64,000 bases of DNA from an uncultured Thermoplasmata archaeon. Lineage in GTDB: Archaea; Thermoplasmatota; Poseidoniia; MGIII; CG-Epi1. Positions 1 to 8,980 of this stretch are shown here, piece by piece. The stretch is taken from positions 12,957 through 76,956 of the forward strand of contig CAXEHI010000031.1 in assembly GCA_963996465.1 (NCBI GenBank), written 5' to 3'. The first letter of the stretch is position 1, and each line of letters starts with the position of its first letter. A program made the position numbers and the translations under genes. The notes under the pieces are model-generated. The model saw only the letters and a program-made list of their open reading frames with translations. It searched no databases and had not been told where the DNA came from.

Positions 1-1
1 G

Positions 2-247
2 ATGACTTCGTACAAAGCCATTGGAATTGGAGCAGGTAGGAATGAAGTAGGGGAAATTTTTGAGAAAGAATATAAAGAAGGAATGACAGTTAAGCAAGCT
101 ATTGGATTAGGAGTTAAAGCCTTGAAAACAGCCAATGAAGAGAAATTTGATATTAAGAATGTAGAAATAGCGAATGTTTCGAAAGAAAAGGGCTTTCATA
201 ATCTAACTCAAGAAGAAATTAAGAAACATACTACTGGCAAAAATTAG
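2..247 (+). CDS. psmA: Proteasome alpha subunit, C-terminal fragment (5' end outside window)
   Basis: C-terminal proteasome-fold sequence (..AIGIGAGRNEV..EKEYKEGMTVKQAIGLGVKALK..). Position directly upstream of SBDS and Rrp4-41-42 matches the conserved archaeal exosome superoperon. Confidence 0.65.
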   Translation: MTSYKAIGIGAGRNEVGEIFEKEYKEGMTVKQAIGLGVKALKTANEEKFDIKNVEIANVSKEKGFHNLTQEEIKKHTTGKN

Positions 248-946
248 ATGGTAACCGTAGAAGAAGCGGTGATAGCCCGGATAGAAACTGGGGGGCAGAA
301 ATTTGAGATTTTAATTGAGCCAGATGCTGCAGAGAAATACAAAGAAAGTAAAGAGATAGATTGGGAAGAATCATTGGTGACGGATGAAATTTGGAGCGAT
401 TCGAAAAAAGGCGATAGACCTTCAGAAGAAGCCTTGAATGAGGCGTTTGGAACTTTAGAAAAAAACGAAATATTTGAAATTATATTGAATAAAGGTAATA
501 TTCAATTAACTACTGAGCAGAGAAGAAAATTAGTAGAAAGAAAGAGTAAACAGATTATTGCACACATAGTCGCTAATGCTATGAATCCTCAAACAGAAAC
601 ACCGCACCCCCCACAAAGGATAGAGAATGCATTGAATGAAGCACGATTTGTTATTGATCCTTTTGCAAGTGTAGAAGTACAGGTAGAAAGAGCAGTGAAT
701 GAGATAAAAATGAAAATACCAATTTCCATGGAATCTTTTGATGTGGCTGTAAAAGTGCCTAGTAGGTATGTTGGAAAAAGTTATGGAGAGATAAAAGAAT
801 TCAGTAAAAGGATTAAAAATGAAGAGTATATGAATGATGGAACGTGGATAGCTGTAATCGACATTGCCGCTGGTTCTTACAAGAAATTAACAGACCGATT
901 AAACAGCATAACCAAGGGAGATGTAGAGACAAAGATTTTAAATTGA
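248..946 (+). CDS. SBDS (Shwachman-Bodian-Diamond) family ribosome maturation protein
   Basis: 232 aa. N-terminal FYSH-like region (VARIETGGQKFEILIEPDAAEKYKES) and superoperon position between proteasome alpha and Rrp4. Confidence 0.8.
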   Translation: MVTVEEAVIARIETGGQKFEILIEPDAAEKYKESKEIDWEESLVTDEIWSDSKKGDRPSEEALNEAFGTLEKNEIFEIILNKGNIQLTTEQRRKLVERKSKQIIAHIVANAMNPQTETPHPPQRIENALNEARFVIDPFASVEVQVERAVNEIKMKIPISMESFDVAVKVPSRYVGKSYGEIKEFSKRIKNEEYMNDGTWIAVIDIAAGSYKKLTDRLNSITKGDVETKILN

Positions 947-1000
947 GTAGTCTAGGTCGACATCCACATAAGAAATAATAAAAAACGAGATTTGGTTTAA

Positions 1001-1687
1001 ATGAATAGTAAAACAGACGCAGATAATAAAAGTATAAGTAAAGAGATTTTTTTTCCGAATGACGAGATAGGAGTTTCTGGTAAAATAGGAGATGGAGTCT
1101 TCAAAAAAAAGGATAAAATTTGTTCAGCTTTAGTAGGTACTGCAAAGCAAAGTGGAAGCTACATTAGCGTATCAGCAATGAAGGGTCGATATTATCCAAA
1201 GGTTGGTGACGTAGTAATAGCAACTTGTAGCGGAATAGGCCCGTCGCATTGGTATATGGATATAAATTCTTCAAGTGATGCTCTGTTGCACTTTTCAGAA
1301 ACTGAATGGAAAGTTGGAATAGGTGAAACGTCTAAATTTATGGGTATAGGGGATGCCTGTATAGCTGAGATTTTCTTTTCGGGGACTGGATCATATCAAG
1401 TTTCATTCAAAAAAGGTTTTATTGGTAGAAGATTATATGCTGGAACTATTTTCAAAATTGAATGTAGAAACGTATCCAAAATTATAGGAAAACAGGGGGC
1501 GAATATAGAGATGATAAGAGAAAAAACAAATACGAGAATACAAATTGGACAGAATGGGATGATTTGGGTAGATGGAACTACAGAAGAAATAGCTAAGGCT
1601 ATGGGAGCGATAAAAATGATAAATGAAGAAGAAGGAAAGATTGAAGGTACGAAAATGATAGAGAAATTTCTAGAAGGAGATAAGTGA
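1001..1687 (+). CDS. rrp4: Exosome complex RNA-binding subunit Rrp4 (S1 + KH domains)
   Basis: 228 aa. S1-like central region and C-terminal KH motif (IIGKQGANIEMIREKTNTRIQIGQNGMIWVDG). Directly upstream of rrp41/rrp42. Confidence 0.8.
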   Translation: MNSKTDADNKSISKEIFFPNDEIGVSGKIGDGVFKKKDKICSALVGTAKQSGSYISVSAMKGRYYPKVGDVVIATCSGIGPSHWYMDINSSSDALLHFSETEWKVGIGETSKFMGIGDACIAEIFFSGTGSYQVSFKKGFIGRRLYAGTIFKIECRNVSKIIGKQGANIEMIREKTNTRIQIGQNGMIWVDGTTEEIAKAMGAIKMINEEEGKIEGTKMIEKFLEGDK

Positions 1688-1691
1688 TACA

Positions 1692-2414
1692 ATGGGTGGA
1701 AAATTTGATAAAGAATTTATAGATAAAAAAGGAAAAAGAATAGATGGTAGAAAACCGAACGAACTAAGACATTTGAAAATAGAAGCAGGAGTCTTAGATG
1801 AAGCGGATGGTTCATCGTATTTAGAATGGGGAAACAACAAAATATATTGTGGAGTTTTTGGACCTATTGAATGCCATCCTAGACATAAACAGAAACCAGA
1901 TAGGGCAATAATACAGGCCAGATACAACATGGCACCATTTAGTGTTGATGATAGAAAAAGACCTGGGCTCGATAGAAGATCTATGGAGATTTCTTTACTG
2001 ATATCTGAAGCTCTTGAACGTGTGGTTATGGTTGAAAAATATCCAAAAGCCGCTATTCGTGTAGACATACAGGTTGTAGAAGCTCATGCAGGAACAAGAT
2101 GTGCAGCTTTAACCGCAGCCAGTGTAGCAGTTGCTGATGCAGGAATACCAATGAAAGATTTGATACCTTCATGTGCCACTGGAAGAATAGATGGTAAAGT
2201 AGTATTGGATTTGAATAAAGAAGAAGATAATTTTGGTGAAGCAGACTTGCCAGTTGCAGTAATACCATCAACGGAAGAAGTAGTTCTAATGCAGATGGAT
2301 GGAGAATTGACTCCAGATGAATTTGAAGAAGCTTTCAACATGGCGATAGATGGATGTAAACAGGTGTATGAAATACAGAGAGATGCATTAAAACGCAAAT
2401 ATGGAGGTAAATAA
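1692..2414 (+). CDS. rrp41: Exosome complex exonuclease Rrp41 (RNase PH domain)
   Basis: 240 aa RNase PH fold (GRKPNELR..DGSSYLEWGNNKIYCGVFGP..) typical of archaeal Rrp41. Confidence 0.85.
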   Translation: MGGKFDKEFIDKKGKRIDGRKPNELRHLKIEAGVLDEADGSSYLEWGNNKIYCGVFGPIECHPRHKQKPDRAIIQARYNMAPFSVDDRKRPGLDRRSMEISLLISEALERVVMVEKYPKAAIRVDIQVVEAHAGTRCAALTAASVAVADAGIPMKDLIPSCATGRIDGKVVLDLNKEEDNFGEADLPVAVIPSTEEVVLMQMDGELTPDEFEEAFNMAIDGCKQVYEIQRDALKRKYGGK

Positions 2415-3211
2415 TGGCTCAAGAAGAAATTACTCCTAATTTGATGAAAGGATATTTAGAAGAATTAGCTTCCAAAGGAAAACGGATAGATGGAAGAGAT
2501 TTTGATGAATTTAGGGAGATAAAGGTAGAGAGTGGAATTATAGGAACTGCAGATGGATCTGCAATGGCAACTATTGGAAAAACAAAGGTGATTTGTGGAG
2601 TTAAATGTGTACTTGGTACACCGTATCCAGATTCACCAGATAGAGGTGCGATGATGACTTCTGTGGAATTAGCTCCTTTGGCATCTCTTGGCTTTGAAGC
2701 TGGACCTCCGCGTGAAAATAGTGTTGAATTGGCGAGAGTTGTTGATAGAGGAATAAGGGAATCTGGAATGATAGATTTCGAACAATTATGCATAGAAGAG
2801 GGTGAGAAAATATGGATGGCTTGTATTGATCTTCATATAATGGACCATGGAGGGAATCTATTTGATTGTTGTACAGCAGCAGCAGTAGCGGCATTGCATC
2901 AAACAATGATACCTAATGTACAATATGAAATAGGTGAAAAACCTAAAGATGAAAAAATGAATATTTCTCTAAAGCCTATAACCTGTACATTCGCAAAAAT
3001 TGGAGATGCAGTTGTTTTAGACCCTAATCTAGAAGAAGAAAAAGTAATGAGTGCAAGACTTACTGTGTCGCACGATGAAGATGGCGTTATGAGGGCTATG
3101 CAGAAAGGTAAGAATGGTGCATTTACTGTGACAGAAGTTAAAGATGCTGTCCTGAAAGCAAGAGAAAAGGATAATATAGTTCGTAATGCGATAGAGGAGT
3201 CTCTCAAATGA
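2414..3211 (+). CDS. rrp42: Exosome complex subunit Rrp42 (inactive RNase PH-like)
   Basis: 265 aa RNase PH-like protein. Its start overlaps the rrp41 stop (ATAATGG), a classic Rrp41-Rrp42 pair. Confidence 0.85.
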   Translation: MAQEEITPNLMKGYLEELASKGKRIDGRDFDEFREIKVESGIIGTADGSAMATIGKTKVICGVKCVLGTPYPDSPDRGAMMTSVELAPLASLGFEAGPPRENSVELARVVDRGIRESGMIDFEQLCIEEGEKIWMACIDLHIMDHGGNLFDCCTAAAVAALHQTMIPNVQYEIGEKPKDEKMNISLKPITCTFAKIGDAVVLDPNLEEEKVMSARLTVSHDEDGVMRAMQKGKNGAFTVTEVKDAVLKAREKDNIVRNAIEESLK

Positions 3212-3441
3212 GCTCTAGAACAAAAAAAGCAGGAAGCACCGGTAGATTAGGAGCGAAGTATGGCGTTTCTGTACGAAGAAAAATTGGAGAAGTTGAGAAA
3301 AGACAGAAAAAAAATCATGAATGCCCTCAATGCACCCATGTTAAAGTTAAAAGAGTATCAACAGGAATATATGAATGTAGACACTGTGATTATAAATTTG
3401 CAAGTGGTGCATATTATCCAACAATCGCGGGGGAGAATTAA
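3208..3441 (+). CDS. rpl37ae: 50S ribosomal protein L37Ae (eL43)
   Basis: 77 aa basic protein with a C4 zinc ribbon (CPQCTH..CRHCDYKFASGAY) and the conserved TKKAGSTGRLGAKYG N-terminus. Confidence 0.9.
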   Translation: MSSRTKKAGSTGRLGAKYGVSVRRKIGEVEKRQKKNHECPQCTHVKVKRVSTGIYECRHCDYKFASGAYYPTIAGEN

Positions 3442-3581
3442 TGGTTCAATATAGATGTTCTAATTGTAAAACACAGTTAGAGATGGATTTAGAGACTCTA
3501 GGTCTAACCTGTAGGAAATGTGGAAATAAGATTTTTTATAAGAAACGACCTGCTAGTAAGAAAACGGTAACGACCGATTGA
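3441..3581 (+). CDS. rpoP: DNA-directed RNA polymerase subunit Rpo12/RpoP (not in the ORF track, under 60 aa)
   Basis: My own translation gives MVQYRCSNCKTQLEMDLETLGLTCRKCGNKIFYKKRPASKKTVTTD, 46 aa. It has a CxxC...CxxC zinc ribbon and follows L37ae as in the canonical superoperon. The ATG overlaps the L37ae stop (TTAATGG). Confidence 0.75.
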   Translation: MVQYRCSNCKTQLEMDLETLGLTCRKCGNKIFYKKRPASKKTVTTD

Positions 3582-3805
3582 TGAAAGCTATTGTTAAATT
3601 ACGAACGGGCAAAGCAACTGAAGCGATAGTTAGAGCTCTTGCGCCAGAAGCAGAAGGAGACATACCTAAAGTAAAAGTTAATGTAGAGAATATAGGTAAT
3701 CGTCTAAAAATGGAGATAGAGGCCGAAAGTATTTCAAGTCTAAGGGCTTGTTTAAATTCCTTTCTTAGTTGGGCTAAATGTGCACATGAAGTAGCGAGGG
3801 AATGA
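3581..3805 (+). CDS. pcc1: KEOPS complex subunit Pcc1
   Basis: About 74 aa. The C-terminal SSLRACLNSFLSWAKCAHEV closely matches the Pcc1 signature (..ALRGTVNSYLRWIKAA..). I place the start at the ATG at 3581 (the track uses an upstream TTG at 3578). Confidence 0.65.
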   Translation: MKAIVKLRTGKATEAIVRALAPEAEGDIPKVKVNVENIGNRLKMEIEAESISSLRACLNSFLSWAKCAHEVARE

Positions 3806-3809
3806 AAAC

Positions 3810-4184
3810 ATGGAAACGATTGAAGAAATGCAACAACAGATGGCTTATTTTCAACAACTTCAACAGAGATTTCAAATGTTATCTCAACAACAAAGTCAAA
3901 TGGAAATAGGTTTACAGGAAATAAAAAAAACTATAAATGATGTCAAAGACTTGAATCCAGAAAATATAATCTATAGAGCGTCCGGTTCAGTTATGATTAA
4001 AGTTGATGATTATAAAAAACTTATAAAAGAGTTAGAAGAAGAAAGTGAATCTTTAGAACTGAGAACTAAAACTATTAAGAAAGAAGTGGAAGAAATGAAT
4101 AAAGAAATGGAAAAAATTCAAAAAGAATTAATGCCGAAAATACAAAATCTTCAAAACTCTGGTGAAAATAGTGTTTCCGAATAA
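3810..4184 (+). CDS. pfdB: Prefoldin beta subunit
   Basis: 124 aa coiled-coil protein (QQ..LQ.. heptads, central beta-hairpin region RASGSVMIKVD). Conserved member of the exosome superoperon. Confidence 0.75.
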   Translation: METIEEMQQQMAYFQQLQQRFQMLSQQQSQMEIGLQEIKKTINDVKDLNPENIIYRASGSVMIKVDDYKKLIKELEEESESLELRTKTIKKEVEEMNKEMEKIQKELMPKIQNLQNSGENSVSE

Positions 4185-5118
4185 ACGAAAATTAAAAGAA
4201 GCGTTTAAGAAGCGAAAATTGATAATCCTACACCATAATGCAGATGTTGATTGTGTTGGATCTGCTCTTGGAATTTATCATACATTAGAAGGATGTCAAA
4301 TTTCACTGTCTAATGGAATTAATTCTGGAGGTAAAAAAATAATAGATGAAAGTGGCGTAAATTATCTGCAAGAACCTCCAAAAAAATGGGATGGTACACT
4401 TATCGTATTAGATACGAGTGATCCTAAAAGATGTTCACCTCTGCCAAAAGCAGAAAAAATAGTAGTAATAGATCATCATCAAAAAATCGATGGTTGGAAA
4501 AAGGAAGATATTGTAATTAGTTGTTCGGATAAAACTAGTACTGCAGAAATTGTTTTTGAATTGATCGAACATATTGAAGAGTCAGTATCTAGTCTTTCAT
4601 TGAATCCGTTATTAGCGGCAATATATGCAGATACGGGGAGTTTTCGTTATGCCAATCAAAACTCATTAAAAATTGCTAGTGAGCTGTGTGCTCTTGGAGC
4701 TGAACCGCAAGAAGTAATGAAAATGTTAAATCGAGATGTTAACGAAGACGAACGTATAGCATTATTGAAAGGAATGCAACGAATGAAATGGGTTAGTGAA
4801 AAGAAATTTATAATTTGTACTTCTTTTGTAAACGCACACACGTCGAAAGTTGCTAAAAATATGATAAGGATGGGTGCAGATATTGGCATCGTAGTATCTG
4901 AGAATAAAAAAAATGAAGTACAACTATCTATGAGATGTTCGTTGAAAGCTAAAGATAGTGGATTTAATTTATCTAAAATATTGAAAAATGTTAATTCATC
5001 ATTCGGTGGTTCAACTGGCGGACATATTGGAGCAGCTGGTATGAAAGGAATTGGAGATGGAGAAGCTCTAGCAGAAATAGTGAAACAGGAATGTTTACAG
5101 GTGATTAAAGAAGGATAA
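4162..5118 (+). CDS. DHH-family phosphoesterase (NrnA-like)
   Basis: 318 aa. Motifs I-III (LHHNADVDCVGSALG, VVIDHHQ) and a DHHA1-like C-terminus with GGSTGGH..AAG. Confidence 0.7.
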   Translation: MKIVFPNKRKLKEAFKKRKLIILHHNADVDCVGSALGIYHTLEGCQISLSNGINSGGKKIIDESGVNYLQEPPKKWDGTLIVLDTSDPKRCSPLPKAEKIVVIDHHQKIDGWKKEDIVISCSDKTSTAEIVFELIEHIEESVSSLSLNPLLAAIYADTGSFRYANQNSLKIASELCALGAEPQEVMKMLNRDVNEDERIALLKGMQRMKWVSEKKFIICTSFVNAHTSKVAKNMIRMGADIGIVVSENKKNEVQLSMRCSLKAKDSGFNLSKILKNVNSSFGGSTGGHIGAAGMKGIGDGEALAEIVKQECLQVIKEG

Positions 5119-5120
5119 AT

Positions 5121-6266
5121 ATGTTAGATTCATACAAAACGATAGTTAGAATCTATGGATTAGTATTTGGAACGCTTCTAATGAGTATGGGATTACAATT
5201 ATTGTTTCTTAGATATTATTCTGATAATTTAATAGAAGATGAGAATATGATAATTGAAAAAATACCGATATCACTGATGGTTGTTTTTATGTTTATTTTG
5301 ACATGTTCCGGGTTGATAATCGTATATAGTTTACTTCAGCCTGCACCAAAGGCGATTAAGTATTTTCATATTGATTCGAAATATGATTCAACTAGAGAAA
5401 ATAAAAAGATAGACAATACGGTAGAATTGAATCTTCCAAAAACGAAGAGATTGTGGTGGTTATTTGGCCTATCATTACTAATTGGAATAATATGTTTGAA
5501 TGTTGGTGGAATGGCGTTGTATATTTTTCCAATTTGTTTTATTATTGCATTTTCATTTCCTAGTCTTTTTTGGTTAAGTTATGCATATCGCAAAACTGAT
5601 AGAAAGGGAGAACCTGAAAGAATGATACTTGTTGCATTGACATGGGGTATGATATCGACACTTCCTGCCAGCATAATGAATGAGATTGCAGCTATGCAAA
5701 TGGGAGCAGATATGATGAAATTATTTGAAGAAGAAGTAATAGGTATGTCGGAGATACTAGTGATAACTGTTACCGCCCCTATAGTAGAAGAAATTTTGAA
5801 ACCGTTAGGCCTGATATTCATCATAAAAAGAATAAAAACCCCCTATGAAGGAATTTTGTATGGCGTTACCTGTGGATTGGGGTTTGCTATGATTGAGAAT
5901 TTATTATACGAAGTCTGGGTAGTCACTGTATTTGGGGCCAATGAATGGACTGTGACTGCGTTTGCTAGGGGGATGGGATCAACTGTTTTGCATACTGTTG
6001 GACCTGCTATTGTAGGATTTTTATATGCTAAATACCACCTATCTAATTTTTCTGGTATGATTAGATTGACTCTTGGATTTTTATGTGCATTTTTAGTTCA
6101 TGGACTATGGAATTTAGTTGGTATTTTACCTTTGATTAAAGCAGAACTGGAGTTACAATCATTTGTAATATTATTCTTTTTTACAATAGCATGTATAATG
6201 ATTGTAACGAAACTTCTGAATAAAGGTCTAAAAGAAACCCCATATGAAGAAGGAATTGAAAGCTGA
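5121..6266 (+). CDS. PrsW-family intramembrane metalloprotease (CPBP-like)
   Basis: 381 aa polytopic membrane protein with EExxK (VEEILKPLG), FxxxE (FAMIENLLY) and conserved His (VLHTVGPA) motifs typical of PrsW. Confidence 0.55.
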   Translation: MLDSYKTIVRIYGLVFGTLLMSMGLQLLFLRYYSDNLIEDENMIIEKIPISLMVVFMFILTCSGLIIVYSLLQPAPKAIKYFHIDSKYDSTRENKKIDNTVELNLPKTKRLWWLFGLSLLIGIICLNVGGMALYIFPICFIIAFSFPSLFWLSYAYRKTDRKGEPERMILVALTWGMISTLPASIMNEIAAMQMGADMMKLFEEEVIGMSEILVITVTAPIVEEILKPLGLIFIIKRIKTPYEGILYGVTCGLGFAMIENLLYEVWVVTVFGANEWTVTAFARGMGSTVLHTVGPAIVGFLYAKYHLSNFSGMIRLTLGFLCAFLVHGLWNLVGILPLIKAELELQSFVILFFFTIACIMIVTKLLNKGLKETPYEEGIES

Positions 6267-6300
6267 AAGATTGATATACATCATGCTATTTTCATTATTA

Positions 6301-6420
6301 CCCGCCTTAGCTCAGACTGGCCAGAGCGGCCGGCTGTAGTGGTAACTTCTACCATATCCGTTAGAACGGAAGGCCGCAGATACCGGCAGGTCCCCGGTTC
6401 AAATCCGGGAGGCGGGACCA
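6301..6420 (+). tRNA. tRNA-Tyr (GUA) candidate with a 42-nt intron, genomically encoded CCA
   Basis: Acceptor CCCGCCT/AGGCGGG + A + CCA. D-arm GCTC..GAGC, anticodon stem GCCGG/CCGGC, T-arm CCCGG-TTCAAAT-CCGGG. The anticodon loop CUGUAG is interrupted after position 37 by a GC-rich insert carrying two hairpins (canonical archaeal intron position). GC-rich island in AT-rich DNA. Confidence 0.7.
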
Positions 6421-6423
6421 TTT

Positions 6424-7227
6424 CTAATTTAGACTGCTGCGAATAACTTTGTAATTTGCAAAACCGGTTATTGAAGATAAGAGAAATATAAGTAATAATG
6501 AAGTCCAAATAGCATCCATTGTAGAATCTAACCACCCATCTAAAAATATACTTCGGATGGCATCTAAAACGTGCTCACACGGATTGTAAATAACTACAGA
6601 TTGTAACCATGTAGGAAGAAGTGGTTCTGGAACGTAAGCAGTACTCATAAAAACTGCGAAAAAGAATAATGGAAAAACAGCTTGAACTGCTTGTTCACTC
6701 TTAGTCTTAAAAGCTAAAGCTACAACTAAGTTACCGACTATGCCTATACCAAAAGTGGCTGCAATAATTGCCATTAAAAATAAACCCAAAATACCCGATT
6801 CTGGAAGAATAAGTATACCACTCATATATCTATGATATAGAATTGAAACAGTTATAATTAGTAATATTTGAAAAATTAATCTTGTATATTCTGACATGAA
6901 ACGAGCAACTAATTGAGGGATTAATCCAGCAGGTGTAGCCCTTAATTTTTCGAAATAGCCAGTATTGAGATCCATTAAAAGTGCTGCAGATGAATTAACG
7001 CTTCCAAACGTGGCTGTTAAAAGAATAATAGCTGGCGTAATATAGAGATAGTAAGGATGTTCAGCATAAGGATTGCCAGGAACATCAGAAAGACTTGTAA
7101 AAAGGTTTGAAAACAGGAGATATTGAAGAATTGGAACTACAAAACTAAAGGCCAGAACGGCAGGTAAACGGCGATATTGTTTTAGATTGCGTATGTAAAG
7201 TATAAAAGTTGTTTTTACAGGATTCAT
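6424..7227 (-). CDS. ABC-2 type transporter permease
   Basis: 267 aa, six predicted TM helices, ABC-2 family profile. Start overlaps the upstream ATPase gene stop. Confidence 0.7.
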   Translation of the reverse strand: MNPVKTTFILYIRNLKQYRRLPAVLAFSFVVPILQYLLFSNLFTSLSDVPGNPYAEHPYYLYITPAIILLTATFGSVNSSAALLMDLNTGYFEKLRATPAGLIPQLVARFMSEYTRLIFQILLIITVSILYHRYMSGILILPESGILGLFLMAIIAATFGIGIVGNLVVALAFKTKSEQAVQAVFPLFFFAVFMSTAYVPEPLLPTWLQSVVIYNPCEHVLDAIRSIFLDGWLDSTMDAIWTSLLLIFLLSSITGFANYKVIRSSLN

Positions 7228-8180
7228 AGTTCACCTTCCAATCTTTTTCCAGTGTATTTCAGATAAACATCATCCAATGTTGGGGTACGGACTTTAGTGC
7301 CTTGAACTTTCAAATCGACATCCATTATCTTCTTTAACGTAGGTAAAAGAGAAAATTCACCATCATCAACACTTATGAGAAGTTTATTGGAATGAAATTC
7401 TACATCCTCATCTGAAAATTCATTGAGTAATGATTTTTTTTGTAAATCATTTACTTCTTCAGATAGTGAAAATTCTATTGTATCTTTACCTACTGATTTT
7501 TTCAAAATATCAGGAGTATCAATTGCTACTATTTTTCCCGAATCAATTATAGCAATACGGTCACAAAGAACGTCTGCTTCTTCCATATAATGAGTAGACA
7601 TTATCATTGTTATTCCACGTTCATCGCGAAGTGTGCGTAATAGATCCCATAATTCAGAACGATGAGATGGATCTAATCCCGTAGTTGGTTCATCCAAAAT
7701 TAATAAATCTGGATTGTGAACTAAAGATGCTGCGAGATCCAATCGGCGTTGTGTGCCACCTGAAAGTTCGGGAATCATTTGATTTGCATATTCGTGTAAA
7801 TCGAGGAGAGTTAAACTTTCTTGAAGCTTATTTTCAACTTCGGCGCCTGTAAAACCGAAAAGAAGAGCATGAAATCGAATAAGTTCGGAAGTTGTTGCTA
7901 AATTATCCAAACCTGCCTCTTGAAGAGCGAATCCAATTTTTTCTCTTATGTATTTTTGATCCGTATGAATATTGTAGTTCAGAATGTTGATATCTCCTTT
8001 CGTAATTTTCAACAGAGTGCCCATCATCTGAAGTACTGTCGTTTTTCCAGCACCATTTGGACCTAGCATTCCAAATATTTCGCCTTTCTTTACATTGAAA
8101 CTGATGCCTTTAACGGCATGAGTACCACTTCTGTAAATCTTTTCTAGATTTTTAACTTCGATTACATTTTCAATAGACAT
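7224..8180 (-). CDS. ABC transporter ATP-binding protein (DrrA/NatA-like)
   Basis: Walker A GPNGAGKTT, ABC signature LSGGTQRR, Walker B LLILDEPT. I prefer the ATG at 8180 (MSIENVIEVKNL) over the track start at 8234, which would overlap the SDR gene by 52 nt. Confidence 0.8.
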   Translation of the reverse strand: MSIENVIEVKNLEKIYRSGTHAVKGISFNVKKGEIFGMLGPNGAGKTTVLQMMGTLLKITKGDINILNYNIHTDQKYIREKIGFALQEAGLDNLATTSELIRFHALLFGFTGAEVENKLQESLTLLDLHEYANQMIPELSGGTQRRLDLAASLVHNPDLLILDEPTTGLDPSHRSELWDLLRTLRDERGITMIMSTHYMEEADVLCDRIAIIDSGKIVAIDTPDILKKSVGKDTIEFSLSEEVNDLQKKSLLNEFSDEDVEFHSNKLLISVDDGEFSLLPTLKKIMDVDLKVQGTKVRTPTLDDVYLKYTGKRLEGEL

Positions 8181-8182
8181 GA

Positions 8183-8920
8183 TTAATCCGCTGTTTGGCC
8201 ACCATCTACAGTGATGATTGAGCCGGTTGTCCATTTAGCATCAGAACTGCATAAATGAAGAGCCATCGAAGCTATTTCTTCTGGCTTACCCAATCTCTTG
8301 AGAGCGGGGATTTTAGATAAATTATCGTATTCAATAGAATCTTTATTGACCCTATTTGTGACCATTGGCGTTTCAACTATTCCAGGACATATACAATTGA
8401 CCCGGATACGTTTAGCCAAGTCTAAAGCCATTGATCTAGTTAAATTAACAACCCCTGCCTTTGCAGCACAATATGCGGCAGCATTATCTAAAGCTCTTAA
8501 ACCTAAATTTGAAGAAATGTTGAGTATTGAGCTGCCTTTGGACATCATAGGAATAAATGCATTTGACATAAGATAAGTACCTTTGAGATTTGTGTCGATA
8601 ACATTATCCCATTCTGCTTCAGTACAAGTTTCTACAGAATTATTTTTGAAAATACCTGCGTTGTTAACTAAAATATCTAAACTGCCCCAGCCTTCTTTAA
8701 TTATAAAATCGGCTAAATCTTTGATACTGTCTGAATTTGAAACGTCAACTTCATGGAATAATAAATTCATTTCATTAGCCGTTTCCTCTAAAGTGGAAAT
8801 TGTACGACCGCAAATCAAAACGTGTGCACCTTCACTCACGAACCTAGAAGCTATAGCTTTGCCTATTCCTGAACCTCCTCCAGAAATAAGGGCGTATCTT
8901 CCTTGTAATGAATTAGACAT
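8183..8920 (-). CDS. SDR-family oxidoreductase (FabG-like)
   Basis: 245 aa. GxxxGxG cofactor motif (ISGGGSGIGKA), NNAG, catalytic YxxxK (YCAAK). Confidence 0.8.
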   Translation of the reverse strand: MSNSLQGRYALISGGGSGIGKAIASRFVSEGAHVLICGRTISTLEETANEMNLLFHEVDVSNSDSIKDLADFIIKEGWGSLDILVNNAGIFKNNSVETCTEAEWDNVIDTNLKGTYLMSNAFIPMMSKGSSILNISSNLGLRALDNAAAYCAAKAGVVNLTRSMALDLAKRIRVNCICPGIVETPMVTNRVNKDSIEYDNLSKIPALKRLGKPEEIASMALHLCSSDAKWTTGSIITVDGGQTAD

Positions 8921-8980
8921 GCTTTACAATAGGCTAGGCGAGGGTTCATAAATTAACTTTGTATTCACATATATGGAAAT

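Noticed and set aside
1396-2422. Minus-strand ORFs (1396..1692, 1670..2068, 2053..2271, 2084..2422) antisense to rrp4/rrp41
   Set aside because: They fall entirely within well-supported plus-strand exosome genes. Low-complexity, Ser/Leu/Phe-rich translations are typical of antisense frames in AT-rich DNA. The same reasoning applies to most other short overlapping track ORFs (for example 2419..2793, 2601..2906, 2899..3207, 8298..8576, 8583..8951, 19370..19681, 36625..36831, 38614..38939, 44717..45173).
3260-3454. 64-aa plus-strand ORF overlapping rpl37ae in another frame
   Set aside because: L37ae in the main frame is strongly supported (zinc ribbon, conserved N-terminus). The alternate frame is Lys-rich low complexity.
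3579-3625. C/D-box-like motif (UUGAUGA ... CUGA) at the start of pcc1
   Set aside because: It lies inside a well-supported coding region. A single C box with one CUGA is expected by chance, and there is no C'/D' pair or terminal stem.
6281-6535. 84-aa minus-strand ORF
   Set aside because: It overlaps the intron-containing tRNA and the GC-rich tRNA region and is an artefact of the GC island.
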